From Promethearchaeota archaeon (GTDB lineage: Archaea; Asgardarchaeota; Lokiarchaeia; Sigyniarchaeales; SOKP01): a stretch of DNA of 64,000 bases. Of this stretch, positions 49,865 through 59,906 are shown in pieces. The notes under the pieces were generated by a model. That model worked only from the letters and a program-made list of their open reading frames with translations, was not told the origin of the DNA and ran no database searches. Within the stretch, counting starts at the first letter, position 1; each line of letters starts with the position of its first letter. The stretch is from NCBI GenBank assembly GCA_048938895.1, contig JBHLLU010000015.1, positions 17,055 to 81,054 of the forward strand. The letters are read 5' to 3'. Made by a program: the position numbers and the translations under genes.

Positions 49865-50332
49865 TTGGTGGGATTTATGATCATAATTGACAGATTTGAC
49901 CCGAGAAGTGATAAACCTGCTATAAAGGAAATTTTTGAAGATTTCATCGAAAATAAATCTTATTTCTTCTCTCACTGGAAAAATTTTGAAGAAGAATTAA
50001 ATCGGAGAGCTCTTGACCTTCAGTATAGAAATTCAATGGTGACTGCTAAAGAAGAAGGAAAAATATTAGGATTTGGAACGTATACATTGTTTAAAGATTA
50101 TTTAGGGAATGATCGAGTGCTAATCCATCAGGTTTTAACAAAAAAAGAGGATTCTTTTAAGAAAGGGATCGAGGAGAAAATTATTCGAGAAATTCAATTA
50201 TATGTAAAAAGAACCCTTAAAATCGATAAAGTATATTATATATGCCCCGATTCGGATAGTGCATTAAGAAGTCTTTTTTTAAAACTTGGGGTAAATAAAT
50301 CAAAATATATATGGTATGAACATGATATTTAA
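49865..50332 (+). CDS. GNAT-fold-like protein
   Basis: VTAKEEGKILGF...IHQVLT...KKGI...LFLKLG pattern. Start may be MIIIDRF (49877). Confidence 0.6.
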   Translation: MVGFMIIIDRFDPRSDKPAIKEIFEDFIENKSYFFSHWKNFEEELNRRALDLQYRNSMVTAKEEGKILGFGTYTLFKDYLGNDRVLIHQVLTKKEDSFKKGIEEKIIREIQLYVKRTLKIDKVYYICPDSDSALRSLFLKLGVNKSKYIWYEHDI

Positions 50333-50372
50333 CTTACTTTATAATCCTTGTTTTAACGTTTTTTGAATTAAA

Positions 50373-51122
50373 ATGAATGCAACTACTCATATTGAAGAAA
50401 TCATTGAAAAAGCTGCAGAGCTAAGACGAAAAGAAAAGTTTGAAGAAGCTTTAGATCTTCTCGAAACGCTCTATCAGACATATCCTAATATTAAGGAAGT
50501 AAAAAATGCTCTTATAGAAACGCTATTTACATATGGGGGCTATCTTAATGATGAATTAATATTAGAATATGAAAAGGCAAGAGAATTGTTTGAAAGAATT
50601 ATAAGAATGGATCCTACAAATTATCGAGCTTATTATAACTTAGGTATCGCTAATTTTAATTTAACAAACATCGAAAAAGCAAAAGAATGTTATGAAGTGG
50701 CAATCAAAATTAAACCTGACTACAAGCACTGTTTTTATAATATTGGCTTGATTTATGAAGAAGAAGGAAATTTACAGGAAGCATTGAATTATTATGAAAA
50801 AGCTTTAGAGATAGATCCAAGATTTCCATATGCCTTTAATGCAAGAGTTCAAATTTTAAAAAATTTGGAAGCTTTAAAAAAAAGTCAAAAAATATCTAAT
50901 CGACAAGAAAAGACTGAGAAATTAAAATCGCTTTTAGAAGTCTCAAAAAGGATTAAGATTGGGATGCTACAGTCATTGTTAGACGTGAATAATGATAGAC
51001 TCTTAGAAATATTGATTGAATGGTGTAAAAAGTATCAATTTGAACTAGATGGTGATTTCTTGAATTTAAATAAAGATTCTATACCCAAATTGATAAAGGA
51101 TATTGAAAATTTAGAAATTTAA
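50373..51122 (+). CDS. TPR protein with C-terminal winged-helix/PCI-like domain
   Basis: AYYNLG, FYNIG...ALNYYEKALEIDP; C-terminal RIKIGMLQSLL...EW...FELDGDFL. Confidence 0.8.
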   Translation: MNATTHIEEIIEKAAELRRKEKFEEALDLLETLYQTYPNIKEVKNALIETLFTYGGYLNDELILEYEKARELFERIIRMDPTNYRAYYNLGIANFNLTNIEKAKECYEVAIKIKPDYKHCFYNIGLIYEEEGNLQEALNYYEKALEIDPRFPYAFNARVQILKNLEALKKSQKISNRQEKTEKLKSLLEVSKRIKIGMLQSLLDVNNDRLLEILIEWCKKYQFELDGDFLNLNKDSIPKLIKDIENLEI

Positions 51123-51162
51123 AGTAAATTGTAATATGTATTCCCGAATTTTAGTATGTAGT

Positions 51163-51306
51163 TTATTTATTAACAAGTTTATGATGGATTACATAACAAA
51201 TTATAATTACAATAAGAAAAATTATTCCCCCAATGATGTATGGCAAGACCTTCGGGTCAGATATAAAATTAATAATCTCATCGATAATGTCATTAGATTG
51301 AAACAT
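51163..51306 (-). CDS. Single-pass membrane microprotein, 47 aa (not in ORF track)
   Basis: Manual translation MFQSNDIIDEIINFISDPKVLPYIIGGIIFLIVIIICYVIHHKLVNK. An in-frame TTG at 51315 is an alternative start. Confidence 0.55.
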   Translation of the reverse strand: MFQSNDIIDEIINFISDPKVLPYIIGGIIFLIVIIICYVIHHKLVNK

Positions 51307-51440
51307 CAGAATCAAATCTTAAGAGGTATTAAATCTAAATAGATTTTGTAATATTTAAAATTTAACAATTCTCTTGATATGTTTTCTCTATTTAAAAAAT
51401 TGTTCAAAAGAAATAGAAAAAAAATTATTACTTTATTATA

Positions 51441-51647
51441 TTATCTCTCTAATTGAAAATTTACTTGCACACGGACTCTATATATCAATTTATCAACGTC
51501 TTCTTTAACCTTAACATCAGATTCAATGATCTGAATATTTCTAATACCACGTAGAGTTTTTTTAGCTTCTTCATAACAACTTTTCACTGCATCAGCCCAA
51601 TTCTTATCTGAAGTTCCAACTAGTTGAATACTTTTATAAACTGGCAT
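51441..51647 (-). CDS. Dodecin family protein
   Basis: VYKSIQLVGTS..NWADA..EAKKTLRGI...YRVRV.VNF. Confidence 0.9.
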   Translation of the reverse strand: MPVYKSIQLVGTSDKNWADAVKSCYEEAKKTLRGIRNIQIIESDVKVKEDVDKLIYRVRVQVNFQLER

Positions 51648-51819
51648 TTTGATTTCACTTTTATTATTTTGTAAGATAAATTGTTATTGACTAATATTTA
51701 AATATTACTCAGAAAGCTCATAAATCCATGAATTTAATTCATAAAATGTCACAGAGAAAGAGGGGTATTTTAAAAAAAAGAGTATGTTATTTTATAAATA
51801 AAAAATAAAAATTGAAAGC

Positions 51820-53112
51820 CTAAGCATCAATATTTTCAATTAAGGTTGCGATTCCTTGACCGCCACCAACACAAGCATTTGCAATACCGTATTTAGCTTT
51901 TTTATCCTTCAAAATTCGAGCAAGTGTACCAGGAAGTCTTATCATTGTTGCTCCTAATGGATGTCCAATAGCGGTAGCGCCCCCCATAACATTTACTTTT
52001 TCCTCTGGAATACCAAGCGCTTTCATACAGTTTAGAGCAACAATACAAAATGCTTCATTTATTTCCCAATAATCGATATCATCAGCAGTTAAACCAGCAT
52101 GCTTTAAAGCCATCTCAGAAGCAGGTACAGGACCTCTTCCCATGACTGTTGGATCTACTCCAGCATAACCAATAGATAGGATTCTTGCCATTGGTTCAAG
52201 ACCTCTCTTTTTAGCTTCTTCTGCTTCCATTAGTAAACATGCGGTAGCACCTGCGTTTAATGGGGACGAATTCCCTGCAGTAATTACACCTTCTAAAGTA
52301 CCTTCCCTCTTTTGATATCCCTCTTTTCCACCATTTTTCTCTAGATAAAATGGTCTTGATAATCTTCGTAATCCTGCTACACCTTCTAAAGTAGATTTTC
52401 GTGCTGCCATATCTCTATCAATCATTATTTTTTCTTCTACATTTCCCTCAGCATGACCTTCAATTGGTATTATTTCACCCTTAAACCATCCTGCTTCTGT
52501 GTTATCAACCGTTAAATTATGAGCTCGTACTCCAAATTTGTCTAGATCTTCCTTTGTAAAAGCAGGCATTTCTTCTTCATAGAGCTTTTGAGCAGTCTGA
52601 AGCATTTGACTGGTCGTCATGAAATCATATTGTGGTCTGTACCAATTACTCTTTTTATTAATCATAGCTAAATTTGGAGTAATTTTATCATTTTGCATTG
52701 GAACTCTTGTCATATGTTCTACGCCAGTTGATAATGCACATTTACTGAATCCTGTCATTATTTCCATTATTCCTACATGCATCCCTGCACCAGCAGAACC
52801 ACATTGTTTGTCAATAAACATTGCCGAAGTTTTAAAGGGAAACTCGGCTAAAAATGCTGGAATTCTCCCTCCATATGCCCAGTTCTCTCCAACACCCATA
52901 GCTGAACCAACAGTTAATTCGTCAATATCCTCTTTTGTTATGCCTTTATCTGCAAGTTTTTCATCGAAGAATTTAATTAATAAACTTGCCAGAAGTTCAT
53001 CTCCTCGAATTTCACCGAAGACATCACGTTCAGGTTGTTGTGGTCTAGATCGAGAAAAAGCTGTACGAGCATAATCTATTAACCATACTTCTTTTAAATC
53101 CATTATTTTCAC
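51820..53112 (-). CDS. Acetyl-CoA acetyltransferase (thiolase)
   Basis: QCGS, TAGNSSPLNAGA, EINEAF, GHPLGA, CVGGGQG. Confidence 0.95.
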   Translation of the reverse strand: MKIMDLKEVWLIDYARTAFSRSRPQQPERDVFGEIRGDELLASLLIKFFDEKLADKGITKEDIDELTVGSAMGVGENWAYGGRIPAFLAEFPFKTSAMFIDKQCGSAGAGMHVGIMEIMTGFSKCALSTGVEHMTRVPMQNDKITPNLAMINKKSNWYRPQYDFMTTSQMLQTAQKLYEEEMPAFTKEDLDKFGVRAHNLTVDNTEAGWFKGEIIPIEGHAEGNVEEKIMIDRDMAARKSTLEGVAGLRRLSRPFYLEKNGGKEGYQKREGTLEGVITAGNSSPLNAGATACLLMEAEEAKKRGLEPMARILSIGYAGVDPTVMGRGPVPASEMALKHAGLTADDIDYWEINEAFCIVALNCMKALGIPEEKVNVMGGATAIGHPLGATMIRLPGTLARILKDKKAKYGIANACVGGGQGIATLIENIDA

Positions 53113-53265
53113 TCTTAATTAAATTTTGTTTAATTGATTTATTTTTAACTTAGGAAGTTAAAAAAAGATATTAAACTTTTTGTTGATACTAATTTTCTCA
53201 TAATCATTTAGAAATAATATGAGATTATTAGCAGTATTTTTATTTACAAAATTTTTAGATAAAAT

Positions 53266-53688
53266 ATGCCTAGATCAAATTTAGGTAAAAGTGAAATTCC
53301 ATTAGTTTCTATAATAGCTGGCAGTAATTCAGATAAAGATGTCTATGAAAAAGCAGAAAAAGTGCTTAAAGAAAATAACATAGAATATGATCTTCAAATT
53401 ATCTCAGCACATAGGAATCCTGATAAATTAGACGAATATATAAAATCATGCAAATCTTTAATTTATATTGCTGTTGCGGGTCTTTCTGCTGCTTTACCTG
53501 GAGTAATTGCTTCAAAAACCAAGAAACCAGTAATCGGTGTGCCAGTAAGTGCAAAATTAAATGGATTAGACGCATTGTTGTCAATAGTACAAATGCCACC
53601 TGGAGTTCCTGTAGCATGTGTTGGAATAGATAGAGGTGAAAACGCCGCTCACCTAGCAATTAGAATACTCAACTTTAATAAAACTTAA
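53266..53688 (+). CDS. purE: AIR carboxylase / N5-CAIR mutase
   Basis: [34 protein letters not shown]. Confidence 0.95.
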   Translation: MPRSNLGKSEIPLVSIIAGSNSDKDVYEKAEKVLKENNIEYDLQIISAHRNPDKLDEYIKSCKSLIYIAVAGLSAALPGVIASKTKKPVIGVPVSAKLNGLDALLSIVQMPPGVPVACVGIDRGENAAHLAIRILNFNKT

Positions 53689-53703
53689 TAAAATGAGAAA
53701 AAT

Positions 53704-54417
53704 ATGTCCGACGATTTAATAGAAATTGGGAAAAAAGAAGCAGCTATAAAAGCTGTGGATGAAAATATTAAAGAAAATATGATAGTAGGAATTGGTAGTG
53801 GTTCAACAGTAGTTTATGCTGTACAGAGATTAGGAGAAATAGATAGACAAAAATCATTAAACCTAAAATGTATACCAAGTTCGTTCCAAGCTTATCAATT
53901 AATAATAGAAAATGAGTTAATGTTAGCTTCTTTAGAACAATATCCTGAAATTGATATTGATATCGATGGAGCAGATGAAATAGACAAAAATCTTAATTTA
54001 ATAAAAGGTGGTGGGGGGTGCTTAGTTCAAGAAAAAATTATCGCCTCCAATTCAAGAGAATTAATAATTATTGCTGATTTTAGAAAAAATTCAGAAATTT
54101 TAGGCTCAAAATGGAAAAAAGGAATACCTATAGAAGTGATTCCCATGGCTTACTTACCAATTATGAAAAAACTAGAAAATTTGGGGGGAAAGCCCGTTTT
54201 AAGAATGGCAAAATCAAAAAGTGGACCACTCATTACAGATAATGGAAATTTTATTATTGATGTAGATTTTGGAAAAATTACTAATCCTGAAGAATTAGAT
54301 AACAAACTTCTGAGTATTCCTGGAATTGTTGACACAGGTTTATTTATCGATATGACTTCTAAAGCATATATAGGATTAGAAGATGGAAGTGTAATGAATT
54401 TAGTTAAAAAAAAATGA
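53704..54417 (+). CDS. rpiA: Ribose-5-phosphate isomerase A
   Basis: GIGSGST, DGADE, IKGGGG, QEK, TDNGN. Confidence 0.97.
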   Translation: MSDDLIEIGKKEAAIKAVDENIKENMIVGIGSGSTVVYAVQRLGEIDRQKSLNLKCIPSSFQAYQLIIENELMLASLEQYPEIDIDIDGADEIDKNLNLIKGGGGCLVQEKIIASNSRELIIIADFRKNSEILGSKWKKGIPIEVIPMAYLPIMKKLENLGGKPVLRMAKSKSGPLITDNGNFIIDVDFGKITNPEELDNKLLSIPGIVDTGLFIDMTSKAYIGLEDGSVMNLVKKK

Positions 54418-54437
54418 ATTAGTATATTTAAAAAATT

Positions 54438-57400
54438 TTATTCTTCCTCTTGTTCAAAATTAAGAGATTCTCCACAATGAGGACAGAACTTCTTTGGTGT
54501 TGCAATAGCACCTCCACAGAAAGGACAATACATTGTGGGACTAATCTGAGTTCCCAATTCAGGTGTAATATATGTATCTTCTTCTCTCTCATACGAAGGT
54601 TTGTAATAATAATCTTGCATAGAAATTCTACTCCTTTTCCTACGAACAAAATAAAGAGAGATACTAGCAATTCCAATTATGGCAATAACACCTAAAACGA
54701 TAAAAAAAATCATTGAATAATCTCCTGGCTTTGCTGAGATCACCATTATAATTATGAAATCATCATATTTCCCTTCACTATCGTAAGCAGTTATGTATAA
54801 TACGCCCAAATATCCCTTATTAGTTGAAAAGTCAAAACTGGCAGCCGTTGAAACGGGTTTCGTTCCTATTATTGAATGATAACTCAGTGAATTAGGAATA
54901 ATAAAAACCCCTTCGTGAAGATCAGAAACAGGGTTATACAAAAGTTCATCAACTACGAGTGAGGCAGGAAATATGAAAATAATAAAGCCATCATCGGTTA
55001 CTGAAGCCATTAAGAAATTAATAAACACGCTCATATTCGAATTATCATCCTCATAAGATACAGAATCTCTTATGTCTATATTGAAATCGATCTTACTCCC
55101 TTGGTTTGCTCTATAAACTAAAACTCCATCATTTGATTCGACGTCATCAAATAGAATATCAGCACTATTATCTATTCGAAAAATTGAATTAGTTTTTATT
55201 ATTTCTGGGGGATTGTTAATTATCTGAAAAGCAATTCGTGGTGAATTTGGATTCGTATAATTTTCATTCGAAGGCTCAATAAAAAATATTGCATAACCGG
55301 AAGGATCTGTTGTATTTGGATCGAAAATATGCCTATAATCATTACCCCCAAAATGACTAAACGTTAACGATTTATTAACTGTATTTTTTAAATTGTTAAA
55401 TGAATAGGCATAAATTGATAAGAATCCATCGAATGAGCTATATGAAGATTTATCGAGTTCAGCGTTTAAGGTAGTAGATTCACTTACAGATCTTGTAATT
55501 CCTGATTCACTGGATGCCAAATTATTTATGATTGGTAATTTTGAACTATCATAGTAAAGAATTTTAGACATTTTACTATATATTTTTGATCCAATCGTAA
55601 GGTTGACGATTATGGAATAGGGTGTATAACTAGGTATAGGTAAATTGAACGAATCGTTAAAATATATACCATTACTAGCATATGTTATATTTAAATCGAT
55701 TAGTTTCACATAAGAATCGTTTTTTATAGCTAATTCCAGTGTATCGTAATCATTATTACCGATTGGGGAATTTTGTGTTTGATTTTTCAAATATAATGAG
55801 ATATCAACCTGGGGATTTGATGTAAATTCTGATTCTAGGTTAATATCAATCGAAACTTCATTTTGGGGTAATAGATGTTCTAGAATATTTCTTAATAAAG
55901 TACTATGGTCCTGTGAATAAGGAGAAGATTTGTATTTATTAAAAATCCAATGCGGGCCACCAAAAGCAAGAAACTGACCCTTTCCATAAGAAGAGCCATT
56001 ATAAAAAGCTGCAACTGTTGAACCATCTATACTAGCTATAGATTCACCATCATTAAAAACCGTAAAGCTAGTTCCATAGGACCAGAAATAACGATTGACA
56101 TTATTAAAAATTACTGAATTACTAAAATTTTGTACAATTTGAGAAGTGACTGTAGTTGTTATTCCATACCAATTATCATTCATAATATTTTCTTCATTAA
56201 TTTGAACTCCTATATCTAATGAAGAGAATAAGTCATTTATATTAACAACTGGCATATCCTGATATCGAGTTCCTAAGAATAGAATATTTCCTCTATTTTC
56301 AAAATAGTTTCTTATGTTTGAAATTTCAATAGGACTAAAGGGTAGTATAGGTGTTTGAAGTACAATAAGGTCATATTGATATAATTTTTCTTCCGTCAAT
56401 ATCGAATTGTTAAAATTCTTATCATAATCCGGAGTCCAGTATTCCATTTCATAATCAATTGAAATATTTAAATCCGAGATGTCTTTCATTGCTTCATAAA
56501 AACCCATTTGATGAAAAGAAAATTCTGGAAACCAATCATTTAATCCATGATAGGATTCCATCAAAATACTATATTCTGGTAATTCAATGTTTAAGGATAT
56601 ATCTATAATATCGTAGATTTCCCCGCTTGCGGTTAAATTAAGTTGAATCTGCCTTGGACCAGGAATAGCATTTTTATTTATTTTAATATCTAATTCTATA
56701 AAGCCTACACCAGAATCTGGAAAATTAATCGAGTAATTATCTAATTTAATAGTTATTCCTTTAATATCGTTTGGAACCTCAATATCAAAGGTATTACTTT
56801 GACCAGAGATTACCGTTAGGTTAAATTTTTGATGATCTCCTGGAAATTTTAATAAATCAAATGGTTCTACCGGTAAATTGTTTGGGAACACTTTGGCAGT
56901 ATCATTATAGTCAGGGGAAATGCTACTTAAATAATCGAGGGAGGCAGACACATTTATTAAACCGGCTCCTGATTTAATTATTTCATCATCTTCTTCATTA
57001 GAGAGTTTTTTTGCTCCTTTTAGTAATGCAATTCTCGCAGTTTCGGGTGTTAAATTAGGGTAAGCATCTTTTAAGATAGCTAAAGCACCAGATACCATAG
57101 GAGCAGCCATACTTGTGCCACTTAACGGTATATAATCCGCATCACCTGCAAAGTCAAAAAAATTTCCAATAAATCGTTCTTCTTTTGAAATAATTGAATT
57201 CGCTGCTTCTGTCGAAATAATGTTGAATCCAGGAGCTACAACATCAGGATATCCAATATATCCGAATGTAGGGCCCCAACTGCTGAATGATGCGAGTTCA
57301 TTGGCACTATCGGTGGCACCTACAGATATTACATCTGTTCCTGAAGCAGGTGTTGATCCTGTGAAATATCCTGTACCCTCGTTTCCAGCTGATGCTACAA

Positions 57401-58418
57401 AAATAACCCCATAAGTCTCTTGGGCGTTTGATATTGCTTGAGTTAATAAGTCAGATATATAAGGATAGCCTCCTCCGAAACTCATCGATATGATATCAGC
57501 ACCAGCACCACCTAAACCAAGGGGTTTGGAACTCCAATCTATCGCACTAATAATATCTCCTTCTTCTAGTCCACTAGCATTTCCTGCCCTTGCGTTAATT
57601 AAGGAAACTCCAGGAGCCATACCACGATATTTTCCATCAGATCCCATTCCATTTCCTCCAATAATTCCTGCAACATGAGTACCATGTCCTACATCATCAT
57701 TATAATTTAATGATGACTCATCCGAAACAAAATTTTGATTAGCTACAATATTTAATGCTGGATGATCATATATTCCTGTATCAACTACAGCGACTTTTAC
57801 TCCAGATCCATCATAAGCTAAACTTTCTGCACCTACAGCAGGTATCCACCAATTGGGGAAATTATTTTCATTAAGATCGCTTATTTGAAGATCATTATCA
57901 ATAATGTAAGGGCTTTCAAAGGTTTCTGATTTATAAATTTGTTTAACTTCTTTAATTTCTGCTAAATCCATTCCTTTTGATAATAATTCAATAGGATTGA
58001 CTTCTATATAAGAGCCAGGTATAATGTCATAATGGTTAATAAGCTTGTAATCTTCAAATATTGAATCCAAAATTCTACTTCTTTGTATTTGGTTTAAATT
58101 TTCTTTAAAAAGTACAATAATCCTACAATTTTTCACATCGGATTGAGAATTTAAATGTAAAGATGTTAAATATTCTTTTAGACTTTTACTAAAAATGGTT
58201 AAACTATTGCTTAAAAATAAATCCGAATCATCATCGGTCATTTGAAAATCATTAGAGGGGATTACATCTATCGAATGATTGGTTATTTCTGCTTTTTGAT
58301 TTATGACACTATTAAAATTTGTTGCCAAACTAAATGATAGAGGAATTTGAATAACAAGAGCAGCAACAATGAACAATAGATACATAGATTTATTTCGAAA
58401 TTTTCTCATAGTCAACAC
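54438..58418 (-). CDS. Membrane-anchored S8 subtilase (signal peptide, prodomain, S8, Ig-like, GATase-like, TM, cytoplasmic double zinc ribbon)
   Basis: Catalytic triad VAVVDTG, HGTHVAG, GTSMAAP; oxyanion SAGN; C-terminal TM followed by RRKR and CPFC..CPHC. Confidence 0.92.
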   Translation of the reverse strand: MLTMRKFRNKSMYLLFIVAALVIQIPLSFSLATNFNSVINQKAEITNHSIDVIPSNDFQMTDDDSDLFLSNSLTIFSKSLKEYLTSLHLNSQSDVKNCRIIVLFKENLNQIQRSRILDSIFEDYKLINHYDIIPGSYIEVNPIELLSKGMDLAEIKEVKQIYKSETFESPYIIDNDLQISDLNENNFPNWWIPAVGAESLAYDGSGVKVAVVDTGIYDHPALNIVANQNFVSDESSLNYNDDVGHGTHVAGIIGGNGMGSDGKYRGMAPGVSLINARAGNASGLEEGDIISAIDWSSKPLGLGGAGADIISMSFGGGYPYISDLLTQAISNAQETYGVIFVASAGNEGTGYFTGSTPASGTDVISVGATDSANELASFSSWGPTFGYIGYPDVVAPGFNIISTEAANSIISKEERFIGNFFDFAGDADYIPLSGTSMAAPMVSGALAILKDAYPNLTPETARIALLKGAKKLSNEEDDEIIKSGAGLINVSASLDYLSSISPDYNDTAKVFPNNLPVEPFDLLKFPGDHQKFNLTVISGQSNTFDIEVPNDIKGITIKLDNYSINFPDSGVGFIELDIKINKNAIPGPRQIQLNLTASGEIYDIIDISLNIELPEYSILMESYHGLNDWFPEFSFHQMGFYEAMKDISDLNISIDYEMEYWTPDYDKNFNNSILTEEKLYQYDLIVLQTPILPFSPIEISNIRNYFENRGNILFLGTRYQDMPVVNINDLFSSLDIGVQINEENIMNDNWYGITTTVTSQIVQNFSNSVIFNNVNRYFWSYGTSFTVFNDGESIASIDGSTVAAFYNGSSYGKGQFLAFGGPHWIFNKYKSSPYSQDHSTLLRNILEHLLPQNEVSIDINLESEFTSNPQVDISLYLKNQTQNSPIGNNDYDTLELAIKNDSYVKLIDLNITYASNGIYFNDSFNLPIPSYTPYSIIVNLTIGSKIYSKMSKILYYDSSKLPIINNLASSESGITRSVSESTTLNAELDKSSYSSFDGFLSIYAYSFNNLKNTVNKSLTFSHFGGNDYRHIFDPNTTDPSGYAIFFIEPSNENYTNPNSPRIAFQIINNPPEIIKTNSIFRIDNSADILFDDVESNDGVLVYRANQGSKIDFNIDIRDSVSYEDDNSNMSVFINFLMASVTDDGFIIFIFPASLVVDELLYNPVSDLHEGVFIIPNSLSYHSIIGTKPVSTAASFDFSTNKGYLGVLYITAYDSEGKYDDFIIIMVISAKPGDYSMIFFIVLGVIAIIGIASISLYFVRRKRSRISMQDYYYKPSYEREEDTYITPELGTQISPTMYCPFCGGAIATPKKFCPHCGESLNFEQEEE

Positions 58419-58622
58419 AAAAATAAATGGTTATTTAATCATTCTTTTAATAACCTAAAAAATATTCTATTATAAGGAATAAATATCTAATTTCTAAAAT
58501 AATTGATTTGTAATCTGAAGAAATTCCTTTTTTTCTAAAAATTACAAATTTAAAAGAAAATATTAAAAAATAGGAAGAATATAAGAATATAATCCAATTA
58601 AACAATTTTTTCCATTTGATTT

Positions 58623-59150
58623 ATGAAACATTATACTTTTAAAGTATTATTGTTGGGTGCCCCATCTGTAGGAAAAACTAGCATAGTTTATAGATATGTA
58701 AAGAATCAGTTCTCTCAAAATTACATTACGACTATGGGAATTAATTATTTAACTAAAGAAATCACGTTGGATGCAAAAGCTCAAGCTAAACTTGTAATAC
58801 TAGATATCGCGGGTCAAGAAAAATTTAAATTTCTGCGTAAGGAATTTTATGAGGGTGCTAATGGTGCCTTGGTCATATATGATCTTACTCAGTTGAAAAC
58901 ATATCAAGCGATTGATGGATGGCTTTTAGAAATGTTTGATATTTTAAAAGAGAATATCCCATTTATTATAATTGGAAATAAAGTGGATTTATTAGAAGAA
59001 ATACCGCGTACAATTGAAAAAGATATAGTAAGAAAATATGCTCAAAATAGAGATAGCATGTACATAGAAACTTCAGCTAAAACTGGTGAAAATATTAATG
59101 AAATTTTTACAGAATTAGCTCACCATATGATTAACCGCGTTTCTATTTAG
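58623..59150 (+). CDS. Rab-like small GTPase
   Basis: FKVLLLGAPSVGKTS, TMG, DIAGQEKF, GNKVD, ETSAK. No C-terminal prenylation Cys. Confidence 0.93.
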   Translation: MKHYTFKVLLLGAPSVGKTSIVYRYVKNQFSQNYITTMGINYLTKEITLDAKAQAKLVILDIAGQEKFKFLRKEFYEGANGALVIYDLTQLKTYQAIDGWLLEMFDILKENIPFIIIGNKVDLLEEIPRTIEKDIVRKYAQNRDSMYIETSAKTGENINEIFTELAHHMINRVSI

Positions 59151-59159
59151 AAACGATAA

Positions 59160-59714
59160 TTAAAGCGACCATGTAAACATTATTTTAGTTTGTCCTTGCC
59201 CCTTCCATGATTTTTGTAGAAAGCTAAAATCAGTTTTTTTATCAATACACATCTCAATAAATCCCTGTATATATCCTACTGCTACATGATAAAAATTTTC
59301 CCAATTAGCATCGAAATCTCTATAAGTGAAATTTATCTTATTATCTGAAATTATTTCTGGAATAACTTCACTGAAATTGAAAATCATTCTGTGAAAGCGT
59401 ACATATTTTTCAATAGCTTGTTCAAGATCTCCCTTAATAACAGAAAATTGATATACAGTTGACATCAATCGATTTGATTCAATTTGACCCCATTGTCTTA
59501 TTACCTTTGGATCATTTCTGGCTTCGACAAAACATAAAGCATTAAAAAGCTCTTTATACATTTCATATGGATACCATGAAGAACTTAAAACCCTTTGGTT
59601 TAGAAATTCTTTTGTTTTATCTGACAGTAATCTATCGTATTCTTCTTTTTTAGTTTTATTAGACTTGATAGATTTTACAGCCATAGCTAAGATTGTACCT
59701 TTTACTTGTTTCAA
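59160..59714 (-). CDS. Hypothetical protein, DUF2378 / H-NOX-V4R-like fold
   Basis: VKGT at the N-terminus, SSWYP.E, late helix AVGYIQGFIE and terminal F.W strand; pattern recognised by eye. Confidence 0.55.
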   Translation of the reverse strand: MKQVKGTILAMAVKSIKSNKTKKEEYDRLLSDKTKEFLNQRVLSSSWYPYEMYKELFNALCFVEARNDPKVIRQWGQIESNRLMSTVYQFSVIKGDLEQAIEKYVRFHRMIFNFSEVIPEIISDNKINFTYRDFDANWENFYHVAVGYIQGFIEMCIDKKTDFSFLQKSWKGQGQTKIMFTWSL

Positions 59715-59906
59715 ATTAATCCCCTAATTATATTATAAAATTATTTTTAGAATAAATTATTCAAAATAATAGTTGAGTTTGATAATATAAATTTATTGAT
59801 TATTGTTGAGAAATTATTACATATTAAAATTATAATTTAATTGCAAAAAATATTCACCAAAATCAAGAAAGAATTATGAACCTACCAATGAGTTCAGAAT
59901 TTGAAT

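Noticed and set aside
51136-51342. 68-aa plus-strand ORF
   Set aside because: Asn/Tyr-rich composition typical of the antisense of a TM-coding frame; the minus-strand microprotein is preferred.
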